A DNA stretch of 9,740 bases from Fonticula alba ATCC 38817 (lineage: Eukaryota > Protista > Nucleariida): NCBI GenBank assembly GCA_000388065.2, contig KB932202.1. One strand, written 5' to 3'. Position numbers and translations under genes: made by a program. Positions within the stretch are counted from its first letter, which is position 1. Each line of letters starts with the position of its first letter. Below the pieces are notes generated by a model. That model made no database searches. It saw only the letters and a program-made list of their open reading frames with translations, and was not told the origin of the DNA. Positions 6,887 to 9,740 of this stretch are shown in pieces.

Positions 6887-9542
6887 ACTCAGCCTCTCGG
6901 CGGATAAGCGTCACGTCATCGGTGTCACCATCGACCGGACGCTGCTCTTCTACTCTCTGGAGTCCCCGACGCTTGCCCGGTCGCGACAGCTGGTCGGCAG
7001 CAACGACGCAGTCATTGACCTGGCCTACGGTGGCCCGGAGGAGGAACTCATTGTCGCTGCCACCACCAGCGAGCAGGCATGTCCCCCTCCTCTCCGCCCC
7101 TCCCCCTTTCCCCTCCTTCTGAGGCATCTGGCCCTGGCCCCGGTCGCGGACTAACACCTCCTCTCCCGATCTCTCTCTCCCGNNNNNNNNNNNNNNNNNN
7201 NNNNNNNNNNNNNNNNNNNNNNNNNNNNNNNNNNNNNNNNNNNNNNNNNNNNNNNNNNNNNNNNNNNNNNNNNNNNNNNNNNNNNNNNNNNNNNNNNNNN
7301 NNNNNNNNNNNNNNNNNNNNNNTCTCTCTCTCTCTCCCCCCCTCTCTCTCTCTCTCCCGATCTCTCTCTCTCTCTCTCTCTCTCTCCCGATCTCTCTCTC
7401 CCCCCCCCTCTCTCTCTCTCTCCCCCTCATCGAAATAGGTTCGCGTGTACAACACTCGCACCAACAACACTTCCCTGCTGTTTGGCCATTCCGACGTGGT
7501 CCTGGCGCTGGCTTGCCATCGTGCTGGCGGTGACCTCCTGCTGACCGGGTCCAAGGACAAGACGGCCCGGCTGTGGGAGCTCAATGCCGAGACCGGGGAG
7601 TTCGCCCCGCGTGCCACGCTTGTCGGGCATACGGATGCCATCACGGCCGTGGCCTTTGGCCGTCGGTCCCGGGGCTTCGCCCTGACGGCCAGCGAGGATC
7701 GCACGGTCAAGTGCTGGGATATTGCCTCTGGGGCCAGCACCGCCGCCGCCCGGTACACGGTCATCGCCCACGCCAAGGACATCAACACGCTGGCGGTGGC
7801 GCCGAATGACCGGCTCTTTGCCACCGGCTCGCAGGACAAGCAGATCAAGGTCTGGGAAACGGAGACCGGTGCCCTGAGCACCGTCTTCACCGGGCACAAG
7901 CGCGGCATCTGGTCGGTGGACTTCTCTCCCACCGAGCGAGTTCTGGCTTCGGCCTCCGGGGATAAAACCATTCGGATTTGGTCGCTGGAGGATGGATCCT
8001 GCCTCAAGACCCTGGAGGGCCACACGAACTCCGTGCTTCGCGTGTGCTTCCTGAGCGCCGGTTTGCAAGTGGCTTCAGCCGGGTCGGATGGCCTGGTCAA
8101 GCTGTGGACCCTGCGCACCAGTGAGTGCGTGGCTACCATGGACGGTCATGAGGACCGTGTGTGGGCGCTGGCCGTTCGTCGTGGTCGCCATGCCGGCAAT
8201 GCCGATGCCCCGAAGCACGCGCAGTCCGCCACCGAGGAGGATGGCTGTCAATTGGTGTCCGGCGGTGCGGACGCCGTGATCCAGGTTTGGGACGATTCCA
8301 CCGAGAGTGAGCGTCAGTCGCGTCGCGAGGCCGAGGAGCAGGCCCTCATGTGGTACGTCGTTGGTTGCTCTTTTTCTGATCCGGCGGTTCCCATTGGACG
8401 GGGTGCTCTGTCGATGGGCTTCACCCGTGGCGGTCTTCCTCTTGCTAACGGTCTGTGTCCCACTTATTGGCTGTCTCTCCCCCCCCCCCCCCCCCCCCCC
8501 CCCCCCTGGCATGCCATTCCCCACAGTGAGCAAGAGCTCTCGAACTACCTGCATGTCAAGGACTATCCGAAGGCGGTGAACCTGTGCATCCGCCTGGGCC
8601 AGCCACGGCGTCTGTACACCATCCTTTCGGATCTGGCCAATGGGGCGGCCATCGCCGGTGCCGAGGACCCGAAGCAGGCCGAGGCCGACCGGTTGAGTAT
8701 CACCGGGTCGGCTGCCATTGATCGTCTTTTCCAGTCGTACCGTGGTGAGCGGGTGCGTGGGTCTTTGTTGTTGCTCCCTTTGCGATCTTGCCCCTGGCGG
8801 GGTTTCTGTTGGTGGTGGTGGGGGGGGGGGGGGGGGGGGCATGTGAACAAAGAAGCCCCCTTCCAGGGTAGTTCCTCCAGCTAACCTGCATCTCCGTGTC
8901 AATGCTCGGATGTGTGCCCTCTTCTCCCCTGCATGTGGATGTCTCAACCAGCTTGCCAAGCTCATCTCCTACGTGCGCGAGTGGAACACTCAGGCTCGTT
9001 TTTCGCTGATCGCGCAGCGCGTGCTGAACCTGATCCTGCGGGCGCACTCGCCGCGCTTCTTCCTGGACAAGACTAAGGGCTACCATGGTCTGAGCCAGGA
9101 CACCATCGACGCGCTGTTGGCCTACTCCGAGCGCCATGTCAGCCGCATTGACCGTCTACTGACGCGTTCTTTCCTTGTGGACTTCTCCCTGGACTCGATG
9201 GGTGTCTACATCGCGGAGAACCCCCTGCCTGAGGTGACTGAGGAGGAGCCGGAGGCCGATGCTGCTGCCCCGGGTGCTGCTCTTGACCGGCTGCTGGATG
9301 CGGCCGACAGTGATGAAGAGTATGCCGGGGATGTGCCGTTGATTGCCCCCTCGCTGGAGGTGGACTCGGACGATGGCGCCAGCTCTTCGGATGACGATGG
9401 CGAGGTGGTCTTCAACGATGGCACCGGGGTCAAGCGGCAGGCGTCGACTTCTTCCAAGACTCAGCGCCCGGGGCCTGGCGGCAAGCGGGGGCGCCCGGCC
9501 GCCGACAAGGATGCCCGCAAGCGCCGCTCGGTGATGGCCTAA
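5109..9542 (+). CDS. UTP13: U3 snoRNA-associated protein 13 / transducin beta-like 3 (WD40 repeats plus Utp13 C-terminal domain), SSU processome UTP-B subunit; 9 exons, about 990 aa
   Basis: Exons join(5109..5137,5252..5438,5573..5952,6150..6423,~6557..6729,6893..7076,7439..8352,8527..8752,8952..9542). The N-terminus KENFKPSKRIENFYDGG resembles TBL3 KTNYAVERKIEPFYKGG. WD40 repeats include AHAKDINTLAVAPNDRLFATGSQDK, GHKRGIWSVDFSP, SAGSDGLVKLWT and GHEDRVWAL. The C-terminal domain has EQELSNYL, YVREWNTQAR and ALLAYSERHVSRIDRLL. TAA is at 9540-9542. All junctions keep frame except the exon 5 start, which has no usable AG. Confidence 0.96.
6817..6885 (+). repeat. Poly-C tract (69 nt, one T at 6848) in UTP13 intron 5
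   Basis: Read directly; homopolymer length is likely imprecise in the assembly. Confidence 0.9.
7161..7427 (+). repeat. Compound (CT)n microsatellite punctuated by recurring CCCGAT units, flanking a gap in UTP13 intron 6
   Basis: ctctcccgatctctctctc-type units occur on both sides of the N run. Confidence 0.8.
7183..7322. other. Assembly gap (140 N) inside UTP13 intron 6
   Basis: Run of N flanked by CT repeats. Confidence 0.99.
8811..8839 (+). repeat. (GGT)3 plus G20 tract in UTP13 intron 8
   Basis: ggtggtggt at 8811-8819 followed by G at 8820-8839. Confidence 0.9.
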
Positions 9543-9740
9543 GGGTCCTCCCCTCCGGTCTTTCCCTCTTCCGCCTCCCGCCTCCCCCCCCCATTCCTGT
9601 GGTGGAGTGTGCTGCGCCGCGAGCAATGGGAAGGGTTTCCCCCGCTCGGATCATTTGCCTGGTCCTGGTGTGTGCCCTCCTGGGAGGGGGGGGAGGAGGG
9701 CGCCCTCAAAACGGGCTTTCCCTGCCCCCCCCCCCCCCCC

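Larger units (their letters stand above)
7077..7438 (+). other. GC-AG spliceosomal intron (UTP13 intron 6)
   Basis: CAG|GCATGT donor in phase 0 joins ...TTSEQ to VRVYN... at TAG|GTT (7438/7439). Branch GACTAAC at 7149-7155. The nearby GT at 7081 would break the frame. The intron contains a 140-N gap. Confidence 0.8.

Noticed and set aside
8861-8874. CAG|G|GTAGTT, a potential 1-nt micro-exon in intron 8
   Set aside because: It would break the phase-0 to phase-0 junction, and no upstream branch point supports it.
5138-8951. Intron-hosted box C/D snoRNAs, common in ribosome-biogenesis genes
   Set aside because: No RTGATGA...CTGA pair with a terminal stem seen by eye in any intron; the 140-N gap cannot be assessed and a covariance-model search would be needed to exclude H/ACA RNAs.
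7048-8965. Long antisense ORFs 7048..8139 and 8075..8965 (-)
   Set aside because: Shadow frames of the GC3-rich UTP13 exons with no recognisable domain.
1-9740. CRISPR arrays, transposon ends, tRNA/rRNA genes, prokaryotic operons
   Set aside because: Repeats are simple microsatellites or homopolymers without spacers or terminal inverted repeats; no cloverleaf or transposase/RT motifs seen; genes are spliceosomal-intron-containing eukaryotic housekeeping genes.

Overview
Eukaryotic, very GC-rich draft-genome window with four N gaps and no prokaryotic, CRISPR or mobile-element signature. It holds three spliced protein-coding genes that I could assemble by hand. (1) A 4-exon VAP/Scs2-family tail-anchored MSP-domain protein (+, 1735-2796, 219 aa). 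(2) A 3-exon acidic, low-complexity protein resembling the CUSTOS/C12orf43 family (-, 4342-3100, 305 aa), convergent with VAP and head-to-head with gene 3. (3) A 9-exon UTP13/TBL3 WD40 SSU-processome subunit (+, 5109-9542, about 990 aa). Introns have fungus-like donors (GTRYGT) and CTRAC branch points, followed by unusually long C/CT-rich tracts. This style suggests a unicellular opisthokont such as Fonticula, which is an inference I have not verified. Bases 1-1274 are unassigned. I see no clearly new biological system. The best leads are a CUSTOS-like gene sharing a divergent promoter with a ribosome-biogenesis gene, and several splicing oddities: distant branch points, a GC-AG intron, an intron with no usable 3' AG, a hairpin masking a branch point and acceptor, and a uORF inside a probable 5'-UTR intron. 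Comparisons with known proteins are from memory, not from database searches.
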